This document shows positions 1 through 9,993 of a DNA stretch of 64,000 bases, piece after piece. A program made the position numbers and the translations under genes. Below the pieces are notes generated by a model. It did no database searches. It was not told the DNA's origin and worked only from the letters and a program-made list of their open reading frames with translations. The first letter of the stretch is position 1; every line of letters starts with the position of its first letter. Source of the DNA: Hellea sp. (GTDB taxonomy: Bacteria > Pseudomonadota > Alphaproteobacteria > Caulobacterales > Maricaulaceae); NCBI GenBank assembly GCA_020629545.1, contig JAHDDC010000005.1, positions 3,661 through 67,660 on the forward strand, read 5' to 3'.

Positions 1-112
1 CAGATTTAACGATTGCGCGAATTAAGGCCATTGGCTTGCGCCGCGCGCCCCAGCCTCCAATACCAATCGTCATACCGTTTTCGAGCCGACCGACAATATC
101 GGTGACGTTCAT
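1..112 (-). CDS. ipdA: CoA-transferase alpha subunit (IpdA-like), N-terminal fragment; the gene continues past the window start
   Basis: The reverse-strand ATG at 112 gives MNVTDIVGRLENGMTIGIGGWGARRKPMALIRAIVKS. GIGGWG..RRKPMAL is the N-terminal signature of class I (glutaconate/3-oxoacid type) CoA-transferase A subunits. The gene lies directly downstream of hsaC. An in-frame GTG at 127 is an alternative start. Confidence 0.6.
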   Translation of the reverse strand, partial: MNVTDIVGRLENGMTIGIGGWGARRKPMALIRAIVKS

Positions 113-151
113 ACGCTTATCAATCACAGTTGTGCTCAATTTGTATCCTAA

Positions 152-1051
152 CTATCCAACCACTGGCATATCATATTCGTGTCCCCAATAGTCACCCGAG
201 GTCGTCTTAGTTGGTTTGAACTTAGACCAATCTTTGATTTGCTTACCGTCATAACCCACTTCAAATCCAATTCCCCCAGGCGCGAAGAAGTAGAATGATA
301 CCATTTCGTCATTTGAATGACGGCCAAGGCTAGCGAAAATATGAAGACCAGCCGCTTTAACCCGGTCCATACAATAGCCAACTTCGTCCATTGATCCGAC
401 TTCAGCCATCAAATGAATAACGCCTGATGGACTAGGAAAATTATAGAGCCCGAGCGTGTGATGTCTTGGATTGTCCGCGTGCATGAAGTAGATGCGTTGC
501 TTCGGGAAGCCTTCTGCAAATGGCGGCAGACTGAGATCGTCACTGACGCCAAATCCCATATTCTTTGTGTAGAACTTTATCGTCTCTTTGTTCTCCGGAG
601 CCGGAATTACCAGATGACCAAGCCCCATTTTTCCGGTCATGAACGACTTTATCCCATGGCCCGGCGTAAAAGGTTCTTGCTTGTCTCGCCCGTAATAAAA
701 CTCGACCAAATTGCCTGATGGATCCATACATGAAGCAAAACCCTTAACGGCTCGTCGTTTAGCTTCTTTCTCATCGCCACGCGTGACGGCAACTTTGGCT
801 TTTTCCAGAATTGAAATTTGTTCTTCGAAGGCTTTCTTCGAACTCATTTCATAGCCTGCAGCTATAAACCGGTCGGTTTCGCCTTTCTCAATCATATAGC
901 GAAAAGGCGCCTTATCCATCCGCAGATATTTTGTGCCTTGGCGGTCGCGACTCTTGGCCATTCCAAATCCCAATACGTCTTTGGCGAATTTTGCCCAAGC
1001 TGCCGGGTCCTGCATTTCCAGACGGACATATCCTAAGTTTGAAACACCCAT
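152..1051 (-). CDS. hsaC: Extradiol (meta-cleavage) dioxygenase, HsaC/TesB/BphC type
   Basis: The 299-aa ORF is a two-module vicinal-oxygen-chelate protein of typical length. Its ATG at 1051 directly abuts the TAA of the upstream aldolase gene. It sits in an hsa-type operon. Confidence 0.8.
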   Translation of the reverse strand: MGVSNLGYVRLEMQDPAAWAKFAKDVLGFGMAKSRDRQGTKYLRMDKAPFRYMIEKGETDRFIAAGYEMSSKKAFEEQISILEKAKVAVTRGDEKEAKRRAVKGFASCMDPSGNLVEFYYGRDKQEPFTPGHGIKSFMTGKMGLGHLVIPAPENKETIKFYTKNMGFGVSDDLSLPPFAEGFPKQRIYFMHADNPRHHTLGLYNFPSPSGVIHLMAEVGSMDEVGYCMDRVKAAGLHIFASLGRHSNDEMVSFYFFAPGGIGFEVGYDGKQIKDWSKFKPTKTTSGDYWGHEYDMPVVG

Positions 1052-2092
1052 TTACTTCCCCTTCTCTTTTTTTAGATCAAGTGCCACATCGACAATCATA
1101 TCTTCTTGTCCGCCAACCATTCGCCGGCGACCTAATTCAACCAATATCTCTCTTGTATCCATATCATAATCCTGTGCAGCCTTTTCGGCATGACGCAAGA
1201 ACGACGAATATACACCAGCATAACCAAGGCTCAAAGTCTCTCGATCAACCCTTACCGGGCGGTCTTGAAGTGGACGAACCAGTTCTTCCGCGGCATCCAT
1301 GAGCTTGTAAACATCACACCCATGGTTCCAGCCTTTCTTGTCGATCGCGGCGATAAAAACCTCAAGTGGTGCATTCCCGGCGCCAGCGCCCATGGCCGCC
1401 AGGGATGCATCCACTCTTCTCGCCCCGCTTTGCACGGCAACGATCGAATTAGCGACACCCAAGGACAAATTGTGATGGGCGTGGACGCCTCGCTCTGTTT
1501 CTGGTTTTAAAATATCATTGTAGGCTTTTAGTCGATCAGCATAGCCATCCATATCCAGAGCGCCCCCCGAATCGGTTACATATACACAGGTTGCGCCATA
1601 ATCTTCCATAAGTTTGGCTTGGTTTGCCAAGGCTTTGGGCTCGCTCATATGGCTCATCATTAGAAACCCAATCGTGTCCATGCCAAGCTTACGCGCCATC
1701 TCGATATGTTGACGAGAGACGTCAGCTTCGGTGCAATGGGTTGCAACCCTAACCGAGCGCACACCTAAATCATAAGCACGTTTAAGCTCGTCAATTGTTG
1801 CAATTCCCGGTAAAATAAGAGTGGTAACCACGGCATTCTCAACCACATCGCAGACCGCTTCGATCCATTCCCAATCCGTGTGGGCGCCAAAACCGTAATT
1901 AAACGCGCCCCCATTGAGCCCGTCCCCATGCGCGATCTCGATGGCATCGACACCGGCCTCATCCAAAGCCTTGGCAATGGCGCGGACATGATCAACGGTG
2001 TATTGATGCCGAATGGCGTGCATGCCATCACGCAAAGTCACGTCCTGAATATATAGGCGGTCCTGAGTCGGATCTTTAACAACGCCAGACAT
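1052..2092 (-). CDS. hsaF: 4-hydroxy-2-oxovalerate/hexanoate aldolase (DmpG/HsaF type)
   Basis: It carries the DRE-TIM aldolase signatures [10 protein letters not shown] and [13 protein letters not shown]. The ATG at 2092 overlaps the TGA of the upstream gene (TGATG). The TTG at 2095 used by the ORF track is less likely. Confidence 0.9.
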   Translation of the reverse strand: MSGVVKDPTQDRLYIQDVTLRDGMHAIRHQYTVDHVRAIAKALDEAGVDAIEIAHGDGLNGGAFNYGFGAHTDWEWIEAVCDVVENAVVTTLILPGIATIDELKRAYDLGVRSVRVATHCTEADVSRQHIEMARKLGMDTIGFLMMSHMSEPKALANQAKLMEDYGATCVYVTDSGGALDMDGYADRLKAYNDILKPETERGVHAHHNLSLGVANSIVAVQSGARRVDASLAAMGAGAGNAPLEVFIAAIDKKGWNHGCDVYKLMDAAEELVRPLQDRPVRVDRETLSLGYAGVYSSFLRHAEKAAQDYDMDTREILVELGRRRMVGGQEDMIVDVALDLKKEKGK

Positions 2093-3030
2093 CAACTCAA
2101 TCCAAATCGTTTGCGCGCAATGGCTTCGGCCGTGCCCATGCCCGCTGATGTCATTATATCAAGATTGCCAGCATATTTCGGGAGGTAATGTCCGGCGCCT
2201 TCAACTTCTAGAAAGATCGTAACCTTCGTTCCTTCAAAGGTACCTAGGCCCGGAATATAAAGTTTGTTGTTGCCCGAAAAGTCTTCGAATTGAACATCTT
2301 GTTTGAGGCGGTAGCCCGGAACATAAGCTTGAACATCAGCGACCATGTCCGCAACTGACTTTCGAATATCGTCTTTGTCACCGCCAACCGAAAACGCATA
2401 GACGGTGTCGCGCATAATCATGGGCGGGTCGGCCGGATTTAGTATGATAATCGCCTTGCCTTTTGCTGCGCCGCCAACATCTTCTATCCCTTTAGCCGTG
2501 GTACGTGTAAATTCATCAATATTCGCGCGCGTACCAGGCCCCGCTGAACGAGACGAAACGGATGCAACAATTTCCGCGTAAGGCACATTATCTGAGACAC
2601 GCGTTACTGCGTAAACCATGGGTATGGTCGCTTGTCCGCCGCAGGTGACCATGTTGACATTTGGAGCGTCAAGATGTGCATCCATATTGACGACAGGAAC
2701 GCAGTACGGCCCGATTGCGGCCGGCGTTAAATCAACCATTTGTTTGCCTTCTGCCTCGCAAATCGCAGCATGTTTCGCGTGCACATAGGCAGATGTCGCA
2801 TCGAAAACTACTTTTACGTCGTTCCAGACATCAAGCTTCTGCGCGCCTTCTATCCCATCATGACTGGTCGCAAAACCGCGAGCACGGGCCATGGCGAGCC
2901 CTTCCGAGTCAGGATCAATTCCGATAACGCAACCCACGTCAAGCACGTCAGAGCTTTCAGCAATCTTTATCATCAAATCTGTTCCGATATTGCCGGAACC
3001 GATGATAGCTGTTTTGATTTTTTGTGTCAT
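2092..3030 (-). CDS. hsaG: Acetaldehyde/propanal dehydrogenase, acylating (DmpF/HsaG type)
   Basis: It has the Rossmann motif [11 protein letters not shown] and a catalytic-Cys region [11 protein letters not shown] moved the start to ATG 3030 ([13 protein letters not shown]), 8 nt after the hydratase stop. The longer ORF overlaps the upstream gene. Confidence 0.9.
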   Translation of the reverse strand: MTQKIKTAIIGSGNIGTDLMIKIAESSDVLDVGCVIGIDPDSEGLAMARARGFATSHDGIEGAQKLDVWNDVKVVFDATSAYVHAKHAAICEAEGKQMVDLTPAAIGPYCVPVVNMDAHLDAPNVNMVTCGGQATIPMVYAVTRVSDNVPYAEIVASVSSRSAGPGTRANIDEFTRTTAKGIEDVGGAAKGKAIIILNPADPPMIMRDTVYAFSVGGDKDDIRKSVADMVADVQAYVPGYRLKQDVQFEDFSGNNKLYIPGLGTFEGTKVTIFLEVEGAGHYLPKYAGNLDIMTSAGMGTAEAIARKRFGLS

Positions 3031-3037
3031 AATAGGC

Positions 3038-3817
3038 CTACACAAATGCCACAGCGCATGCGCCAAAGCCTTCAATTGTCATCAACATTTCGTCGCCGCG
3101 CACAACAGGCTCTAACGGCACCAAGGAACCTGAGAGTATTATCTCTCCAGCTTCGAAAGGAATATCATATTCGCCGAGCGTATTGGCCAGCCAGGCGACC
3201 GCGTTTTCAGGTGCACCCTGAACGGCTGAGCCCAAGCCACGGCTAATCTCTCTACCGTTTTTTTCGACCACAACCTCTAGCTCCGCCATGTTGAGACCGC
3301 GCGGATCCACCTTTTCAGCCCCAAGGGCAAATACGCCGCACGACGCATTGTCTGCAATTGTATCTTGAATTTTTATTTTCCAATCTTTCACGCGGCTATC
3401 GACAATTTCAAAACAGGGCTGCACATATTCAGTCGCGGCAATAACATCAGCGCCCGTAATTCCGGGACCTTTAAGGCCTTTTTTGAGTTTAAAGGCAATT
3501 TCTGCTTCCGCACGCGGGGCAATGTGGCAATCCATATGTACGTTTCCATCAACTGAAAGCATAACATCGGTCAAAAACCCAAAATCTGGCTGAAAGACCC
3601 CCAGCATATTTTGAACAGCCGGAGATGTAACGCCAATTTTCTTCCCGATAACATGTTCACCGTTTTCTTTTTCTCGACTTTGTAGAAATGCGAGTGACGT
3701 TTTATAGGCATCTTCTATAGTCATATTTGGGTGCTCGTCGGTCATCGCGCCAATAGGCTCGCCGGAGCATAAGGCATCAAATAACTTTCGGCCCATCTTT
3801 GAGTGATCAATAGACAC
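3038..3817 (-). CDS. hsaE: 2-hydroxypenta/hexadienoate hydratase (MhpD/HsaE type)
   Basis: The 259-aa protein has the length and layout of an FAH-fold hydratase and sits between the hydrolase and dehydrogenase genes, as in meta-cleavage operons. The GTG at 3817 immediately follows the hsaD stop. ATG 3796 is an alternative start. Confidence 0.8.
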   Translation of the reverse strand: MSIDHSKMGRKLFDALCSGEPIGAMTDEHPNMTIEDAYKTSLAFLQSREKENGEHVIGKKIGVTSPAVQNMLGVFQPDFGFLTDVMLSVDGNVHMDCHIAPRAEAEIAFKLKKGLKGPGITGADVIAATEYVQPCFEIVDSRVKDWKIKIQDTIADNASCGVFALGAEKVDPRGLNMAELEVVVEKNGREISRGLGSAVQGAPENAVAWLANTLGEYDIPFEAGEIILSGSLVPLEPVVRGDEMLMTIEGFGACAVAFV

Positions 3818-4648
3818 CTATCCGTGCCTCAAAAAGTCAATCGAGGTGTGATTGAACATTTCCGCATGTTCAATCATAACCCAATGACCGCAAGCGTTCA
3901 CTTCAATCAAGCGTGAGGTATCATTTGCTTCAATGCACTTAACCTTGCCCTCTGGCGGCATAAAATCATCCTGCCTTCCCCAAAATGTTAGGATTGGACA
4001 GGTTAGTTCCTTCATTCGAGACCCAAGCTCTGGCGTTTTCATCGTCGTCAGAACTTCTTTTGGTTGAGTTTGCGCAACAGCCCATCGCATATCAATCAAC
4101 GCATCAGACGCGTGACGATCATCATAGGTAAAAAGCTTCATAACTTCTTTCTGAGTTTCTTTGGATACGCCAGCTGAGTTTATCTCCATCATGCGCTTTA
4201 TACCTGGCATGGCCCAATAAGAACCTTGTTCCTCAAGGCACCCAGGCCCCATGAGAATAAGCTTCTCGACAAAACTAGGGTCGTTGAGCGCAATTTGAAT
4301 CGCGATACCGCCGCCAAGAGAATTGCCGACAAAACTGCATTTATCAACTCCCATAACTTCTAAACCTGCTAAAAGCGTATCACAAAACAGATTGAGAGAA
4401 TAATCACCTAAATTCAAAGGCTTATCACTATATCCAAATCCAATGAGATCGGGCAATAAAACGCGATATCCCGCCGCGGCAAATGTCTCTGCGTTGAACT
4501 GAAAATTAGCCCAAGCGCTATTCCCGGGCCCTGAGCCATGCAGAAAAACCACTGCGGGATGTGTCTTGTCGCCGAATTCCAAATAGTGCATCCGGATAGG
4601 CCCGGCTTGCACATAATGTCCTTCTGGCAGTCCGCCAGAAACGGTCAT
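3818..4648 (-). CDS. hsaD: Meta-cleavage product hydrolase, alpha/beta fold (HsaD/TesD/BphD type)
   Basis: It has HGSGPG, a GNSLGG nucleophile elbow and a C-terminal CGHW histidine. I set the start to ATG 4648 (MTVSGGLPEGHYV), which overlaps the TAA of hsaA (TAATG). Confidence 0.85.
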   Translation of the reverse strand: MTVSGGLPEGHYVQAGPIRMHYLEFGDKTHPAVVFLHGSGPGNSAWANFQFNAETFAAAGYRVLLPDLIGFGYSDKPLNLGDYSLNLFCDTLLAGLEVMGVDKCSFVGNSLGGGIAIQIALNDPSFVEKLILMGPGCLEEQGSYWAMPGIKRMMEINSAGVSKETQKEVMKLFTYDDRHASDALIDMRWAVAQTQPKEVLTTMKTPELGSRMKELTCPILTFWGRQDDFMPPEGKVKCIEANDTSRLIEVNACGHWVMIEHAEMFNHTSIDFLRHG

Positions 4649-5823
4649 TAGACGAAGAAGTCCGTGTTTTCGCCGCCGAGCTGAACAGCTCCCCAATTTC
4701 GAGCAAACCCAATTGGGTTGTTGGCAACATGGGCTCTAGCAATATGGATGTCGTGCCAGATGTCCTGAATTGGAGAGCCATTATACACGCTTCGACCTCC
4801 GGCGACATCAAATAGAAGGTCCACAGCCTTGATCATTCTTTCAATGACCAGGCTAGCTTGATATCTATACTTGATACGATCTTCCATCGGGATATCGATG
4901 TCATTTTCCACGTAATGCATAAGCTGGTCGAAATTTCGATACATAATAGCTTCAGTTTCATCGATCAGATTGGCCACTTCCGCAACGCGGCGCGTGACGT
5001 CTGGATCGCCAGCGAGGCGCGTCGGATCGGTCGAGCTTTCTGTGGCATTGCTGATAAACAATTTGAGAGCGTGCTTAGCAGCCCCAATTGCTGGCGTGCA
5101 AACTACTCTGACAAACATCTGGGCCCAAGGAATAGAGTACATCGGGTTCTCTTGATAGTGCTTGCGCATAAATCCATCAATTTGATGATGCGTGCGATAT
5201 TCTGGCACAAAAACAGGCTTATCGATGACAATGTCATTTGACCCAGTTGCCTGGAGACCCATAGCATTCCACGTATCCTCAATTTCGTAATCAGAACGCG
5301 GTAGGAGAAAAGTTCTATAATGTATATTTTCTTGCCCTTGATCGAAAATCAGTCCGCCCAATAACACCCAGTCGCAGTGCGCAGACCCGCTACTCCAGCC
5401 CCATCGACCTGAAAAATTAAAACCGCCTTCGACAGTTTCAACCTTGGCGCCTGCGGGATTGTAAGATGAACTCACCAAGGTATCAGGCCCTGTCGCGTAA
5501 ACATCTTTCGCTGCTTGAGGATCCATTAATGAAAGCTGATAAGCATGAACCGCTATAATTCCAGATATCCATGATGTAGCCATGTCACGTTCGGCCATGT
5601 CTATCGCAGCTTTGAATATTTCATTCGGACGACATTCCAGTCCTCCATATTGTTTCGGGAGGAATGAACGGTAGAATCCCGTATCTCTTATGGCTTCGAC
5701 AACCTTCTTTGGGACTTGTCGTTCTTTACGCCCTTCAGCGGCATGTTCAGAAATTACATCTAGCGCACTCGATACATCCAGCCCCATATCACGCTCATCG
5801 GGTTTTAGTTTCGCCTGTCCCAT
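4648..5823 (-). CDS. hsaA: Flavin-dependent monooxygenase, oxygenase component, acyl-CoA-dehydrogenase fold (HsaA/TesA2 type)
   Basis: The roughly 391-aa protein has the ACAD-like fold and no CoA-ester context, and sits adjacent to hsaD. I set the start to ATG 5823, which is preceded by AGGAG. The TTG at 5874 in the ORF track falls inside the operator at 5861-5890. Confidence 0.75.
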   Translation of the reverse strand: MGQAKLKPDERDMGLDVSSALDVISEHAAEGRKERQVPKKVVEAIRDTGFYRSFLPKQYGGLECRPNEIFKAAIDMAERDMATSWISGIIAVHAYQLSLMDPQAAKDVYATGPDTLVSSSYNPAGAKVETVEGGFNFSGRWGWSSGSAHCDWVLLGGLIFDQGQENIHYRTFLLPRSDYEIEDTWNAMGLQATGSNDIVIDKPVFVPEYRTHHQIDGFMRKHYQENPMYSIPWAQMFVRVVCTPAIGAAKHALKLFISNATESSTDPTRLAGDPDVTRRVAEVANLIDETEAIMYRNFDQLMHYVENDIDIPMEDRIKYRYQASLVIERMIKAVDLLFDVAGGRSVYNGSPIQDIWHDIHIARAHVANNPIGFARNWGAVQLGGENTDFFV

Positions 5824-5860
5824 GACATTCTCCTGCAATTTCTTAAAAAATAGCAGGTCG

Positions 5861-5890
5861 TGCGCATTTTTCAATGCGATATAATACGCA
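5861..5890. promoter_or_regulatory. TGCGCA-N18-TACGCA inverted repeat (site A), upstream of hsaA
   Basis: The sequence is TGCGCAtttttcaatgcgatataaTACGCA. It ends 38 nt upstream of the hsaA ATG at 5823. Confidence 0.7.
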
Positions 5891-5923
5891 TTTCAGTCAT
5901 TTTGCCGATAAAAATAGGTATTT

Positions 5924-5952
5924 TGCGTAACAATTCTGAAATTTACTACGCT
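5924..5952. promoter_or_regulatory. TGCGTA-N17-TACGCT variant site (A2), 33 bp from site A
   Basis: The sequence is TGCGTAacaattctgaaatttacTACGCT. It overlaps the stop codon of the ligase gene. Confidence 0.5.
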
Positions 5953-7457
5953 TTTAGCATAAACTTCATTACCTTCCCCGAAGCATTACGCGGCAATGAA
6001 TCGTGGAAGATGATTGATCTTGGCACTTTGTAATTAGCCATATTATCCCGGCACCATTTAATGATAGCGTCAGCATCAAGCGCCCCAGTTTTCACAATAT
6101 GAGCCTGTGTAACTTCACCGAGCCTCTCATCGGCAATACCAACAACCGCAACATCGGCTATATTGTCGTGCTGCAACAGCATTTTCTCAAGTTCTGCAGG
6201 ATAGCAATTAAACCCCCCAACTATGACCATGTCTTTCTTTCGGTCTGTAACTTTAATATATCCATTCAAATCCTGAGTCCCGATATCACCAGTCTTAAGC
6301 CAACCATCACTCGTAATCGTTTCAGCGGTCGCAGACGGGTTATCAAGATAGCCCTGCATAACATTAAATCCGCGCACCCAAATCTCGCCTTGCTCACCTG
6401 AAGGAACGTTCTTGCCTTCATCATCTACAATACGAAGCTCTGTCCCCGGGAGCGGACGTCCACATGTTGTCGCAATAGTCGCAAAATCGTCCCCTTTTCG
6501 GCACAGACTAACGACGCCCGACGACTCTGTAAGGCCGTAGGCGGAGTACACATCATCAATTCCCAAATCCTCACTCATGGCGCAGATCAAATCTACTGGG
6601 ATGGTCGTCGCCCCCGTTGTCGCAACTCTGAGTGAGGAGATATCGTGTTCTCCAAGGTCCGGATGCGCCAATAAAGCTTGAAAGATAGTCGGCGCGCCGG
6701 GCATAACCGATATTTTGTCTGTTTCAATTTGTATCAAGACAGCTTTGGGGTCAAAAACTGCCAACGGAAAGATCGCCGCCCCGACCACCAAACAAGCTAG
6801 CCAACCGGCCTTGTATCCAAAACTATGGAAGAATGGATTTACCACCAGATACCGATCATCCCCATTCATTCCGATGGCAGATGTGAAAGCTTCAAACACT
6901 TTGACGTTTTGGCCATGAGTTGTCATGGCGCCTTTAGGCGCGCCTGTTGTACCCGATGTAAAGATGATGTCAGACACGTCATCAGCGTCCGCATTGATTT
7001 CCGATACAATATCATTGTTATTTATAAATTCCTCAAAAGCATCCGTATTCTGATTGTCTTTGAGTAAAACGATATCTTTCAATTCCGGGAGGGCCTGACC
7101 ATCTAGCATGGATGGATAGTCATGCCCCAAAAAGCCTTTGACTGTGAACAATAGTTTGCTTTGAGATCGGCGTAAGATATCGGCGGCTTCCATCCCTTTA
7201 TATCGTGTATTTAACGTCACAAGAATGGCTCCGAGCATCTGCCCAGCCAGGGCCGCCACAATCCATTCTGCGCAATTTGGCGCCCAGATCGCAAATTTAT
7301 CGCCCTTAGAAATTCCCTTCGCCTGCATAGCACCGGCAGTGCGTTGCACGTCAGACTTCAACCGGGAGAAACTATAAGTCGCCTCACCGTCCTGAATTGC
7401 AAGAGCATCTGGTCTTTTTTCAGCCTGCCTAAAAAGCAATCCCGGGATAGTTGTCAT
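5946..7457 (-). CDS. AMP-dependent acyl-CoA synthetase (FadD3/HIP-CoA ligase-like)
   Basis: It carries the adenylation motif FTSGTTGAPKG, then YGLTE and a C-terminal GK. Its 503 aa and its position next to hsaA are as seen for FadD3. The specific substrate is an inference. Confidence 0.8.
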   Translation of the reverse strand: MTTIPGLLFRQAEKRPDALAIQDGEATYSFSRLKSDVQRTAGAMQAKGISKGDKFAIWAPNCAEWIVAALAGQMLGAILVTLNTRYKGMEAADILRRSQSKLLFTVKGFLGHDYPSMLDGQALPELKDIVLLKDNQNTDAFEEFINNNDIVSEINADADDVSDIIFTSGTTGAPKGAMTTHGQNVKVFEAFTSAIGMNGDDRYLVVNPFFHSFGYKAGWLACLVVGAAIFPLAVFDPKAVLIQIETDKISVMPGAPTIFQALLAHPDLGEHDISSLRVATTGATTIPVDLICAMSEDLGIDDVYSAYGLTESSGVVSLCRKGDDFATIATTCGRPLPGTELRIVDDEGKNVPSGEQGEIWVRGFNVMQGYLDNPSATAETITSDGWLKTGDIGTQDLNGYIKVTDRKKDMVIVGGFNCYPAELEKMLLQHDNIADVAVVGIADERLGEVTQAHIVKTGALDADAIIKWCRDNMANYKVPRSIIFHDSLPRNASGKVMKFMLKA

Positions 7458-7512
7458 AATTTTCTCAAATTTCTACGCAATTCGAGGGTTTTACTATACA
7501 AATCATGCAAAT

Positions 7513-7542
7513 TGCGCAACATAAGGACTAAAATAATACGCA
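7513..7542. promoter_or_regulatory. TGCGCA-N18-TACGCA inverted repeat (site F), ligase/SDR divergent region
   Basis: The sequence is TGCGCAacataaggactaaaataaTACGCA. An extra TACGCA half-site lies at 7474-7479, 33 bp to the left. Confidence 0.7.
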
Positions 7543-7560
7543 CTTTGTAAAGCGAGTGGA

Positions 7561-8322
7561 ATGACAGCATTGTTTAAAGACCAGACAATCATTGTAACCG
7601 GCGGCAGTCGAGGTATAGGTCGCGGCATTTCTGAAGGATATACAAGGGCTGGCGCAAATGTCATCATTTGCGGCCGCCGAGAGCCCGATGATTTGCCAAA
7701 GGGCGCCCATTTCATATCGCTTGATATTCGAAAACCCGAATCTGCTGAAACGCTGATGGAATTTGCAATCGGCAAAACCGGACAAATTGATTGCCTTATC
7801 AACAATGCCGGTGGCACACCGATGGAAGATGCCGATCAGGCTAGCGCTGAACTTGTAGATAAAATCATGAACCTTAATTTGATCGCTCCGATCAATCTTT
7901 CGCGTGCCGCCTATCCTCACTTGAAACATCGCAAAGGTTCCATCGTCAACATCGCCAGTGTTTCAGGTGTTCGGCCGTCTCCGAAAACCGCAGCTTACGG
8001 CGCGGCCAAAGCGGGGCTTCTAAATTACACCACTTCATTAGCCATGGAGTGGGCTCCTCATATACGTGTCAACGCGATCATTGTTGGCTTGGTTCAAACG
8101 GAAGCCTCCGAAATGCATTATGGCGGGAAAGCAGGCATTGCCCATTTATCGAGCGAACTTCCTATGGGCCGTATGGGAATGCCGTCAGATATCGCAAAGG
8201 CCTGCATGTTTCTATCTGATCAGGACAACCAATATGTATCAGGCGCTTGTCTTGAAGTCCACGGCGGCGGCGAACCCCCTAGTTTCTTAAAAATTGCGCA
8301 AGAGGCTCATAAACTTGGATAA
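7561..8322 (+). CDS. Short-chain dehydrogenase/reductase
   Basis: It has the SDR motifs TGGSRGIGRG and YGAAKAG. Confidence 0.85.
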   Translation: MTALFKDQTIIVTGGSRGIGRGISEGYTRAGANVIICGRREPDDLPKGAHFISLDIRKPESAETLMEFAIGKTGQIDCLINNAGGTPMEDADQASAELVDKIMNLNLIAPINLSRAAYPHLKHRKGSIVNIASVSGVRPSPKTAAYGAAKAGLLNYTTSLAMEWAPHIRVNAIIVGLVQTEASEMHYGGKAGIAHLSSELPMGRMGMPSDIAKACMFLSDQDNQYVSGACLEVHGGGEPPSFLKIAQEAHKLG

Positions 8323-8794
8323 GACATCGGCAGAATTAGCGATCCGCAATGTGATTAATCTTTACGGCCTCGCCGCTGATTGTGGCGATATTGACGTGGC
8401 ACTTTCCTGTCATATGGAGGATGCGGTTTATGTGGTCAGCAGCCCCAGAGCTGGACGAGACGGAGAAGCTGAGGACCTCCATCTTCATGGCCATCAAGCC
8501 ATTCGCAATATGTTGTCCTCTGAAATGCACCAATCTCTATTACCCAATTGCGCCCATACTGTCGGCCCACTCGTGGTCAGAGTTGAAACGGCCGCATCCG
8601 CCGAAGTCTTAGGGTATTCCCGAGTTTACAATAAGAGGGACGAAATACCCGTTTTAATGCGGCTGGCATTTAACAAATGGGATATGGCAGTTGATAGCGA
8701 TGGAAACTGGAAAATAGCGCGGCGGGAAAGCCGCGTTATGGGGGAAGATAAAGCCCAAGACATGCTACGGCAAAATATAGGACGCTTCGCATGA
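8294..8794 (+). CDS. NTF2/SnoaL-like (SnoaL_4 type) protein
   Basis: The N-terminus AELAIRNVINLYGLAADCGD is typical of SnoaL_4 proteins. There is no early ATG, so the start is TTG at 8294 or TTG at 8315, which overlaps the SDR stop. The stop overlaps the next ATG (ATGA). Confidence 0.65.
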   Translation: MRKRLINLDKTSAELAIRNVINLYGLAADCGDIDVALSCHMEDAVYVVSSPRAGRDGEAEDLHLHGHQAIRNMLSSEMHQSLLPNCAHTVGPLVVRVETAASAEVLGYSRVYNKRDEIPVLMRLAFNKWDMAVDSDGNWKIARRESRVMGEDKAQDMLRQNIGRFA

Positions 8795-9993
8795 CGTCTT
8801 TTCGCGGCTGGCATGTTTTAGGGGCAAGTTTCATTACAGCAATGCTGCTCTCCGGCGCGACGTTTTACTCGTTCCAACATTTCGTCACCCCGATTGAGAC
8901 CGAATTTGGACTGAGGCGCGATCAAACGAATATCGGGATGATGTTGTTTTTGCTCAGTTCAGCTGTTTGGGCCGCTATTGTTGGGAGAAGCATCAAAGCA
9001 ATTCAGCCGCGCCTATTGGCCTTGATTGGAATCATTTCGTTCACGGCGGGGTTCTGGTTTTTATCCATAGCCCGTTCGCCGCAACAGCTCGCGCTCGCTA
9101 TAACCTTGCCGATTGGGTTTGGCTTTACGGCGTGCGGCCCTTTTGTCGCCAATGTCCTGACCACCAATTGGTTCTATCAAAAGCGCGGACGAGCGCTCGG
9201 GATTGCCGCCGTAGCGACATCAGCTGGGGGCTTCCTGGTACAGCCCATCTTTAGCCATCTTATTGCCACTCATGGTTGGCGCAAAGCCAGTCAGATCATG
9301 GCAATTGGGATCGCAATAATTTCAGTATTTTTAGTCCTCAAATATTTCATCAGCAGGCCGGAAGATATAGGACAACATCCTGACGGTATGGCGCAGGAAA
9401 TTCCTCAAAAAGTAACATCAGCCAACCCGGCTCGTATTATTCGCAATCGTGATTTCTGGGTTATAGCCGTCGCATGCGGCCTGTTGCTTGGGAGTGATCA
9501 GGCACTATTAGCATCCCTGAAACCTTTTGGCGAAAACATTGGGTTTAATAATGTTCAAGCGACACTAATTCCAACGGTCGTAGCCGGATCCGCAATTGCA
9601 GGAAAGCTTGCCATCGGCTGGATGATTGAAAGATACGACAAGCGCTACGTTTTTGCGCTTGTCTGTCTGTCCAACGTCCTGTTCTTGCTCACTGCAGTGC
9701 TGGTGACAAGCTTTACGACTATGGTAATAGTCGCAGCATTTGTAGGCATGGCAATTGGCGGAATTTATCCGGTTTGGACCGGGATTACGGCAGATACATT
9801 TGGAAGAGAGTACTTCGCACCAGCGATCGGATTGATGAATATTGTGACTGTTTTATTTGCTATGGTTGCACTTGGGTTTGTTGGCAAGTCCTTTGAAACG
9901 CATCAGAGTTATGATCAGGCCTTCACGGTCCTTATTCCCGTAGCTGTCCTGGCGGCTATGGTGATGATGTTCGTCAGAACGCGAAAAGAGTAA
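8791..9993 (+). CDS. MFS transporter
   Basis: The 400-aa protein is highly hydrophobic with about 12 predicted helices. Confidence 0.8.
   Translation: MTSFRGWHVLGASFITAMLLSGATFYSFQHFVTPIETEFGLRRDQTNIGMMLFLLSSAVWAAIVGRSIKAIQPRLLALIGIISFTAGFWFLSIARSPQQLALAITLPIGFGFTACGPFVANVLTTNWFYQKRGRALGIAAVATSAGGFLVQPIFSHLIATHGWRKASQIMAIGIAIISVFLVLKYFISRPEDIGQHPDGMAQEIPQKVTSANPARIIRNRDFWVIAVACGLLLGSDQALLASLKPFGENIGFNNVQATLIPTVVAGSAIAGKLAIGWMIERYDKRYVFALVCLSNVLFLLTAVLVTSFTTMVIVAAFVGMAIGGIYPVWTGITADTFGREYFAPAIGLMNIVTVLFAMVALGFVGKSFETHQSYDQAFTVLIPVAVLAAMVMMFVRTRKE

Noticed and set aside
7474-7479. I looked for a full N18 partner for the isolated TACGCA half-site at 7474.
   Set aside because: The position 24 bp to the left (7450-7455, GTTGTC) does not match TGCGYA and overlaps the ligase start codon. 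I kept it only as a half-site in the phased array, not as a seventh full operator.
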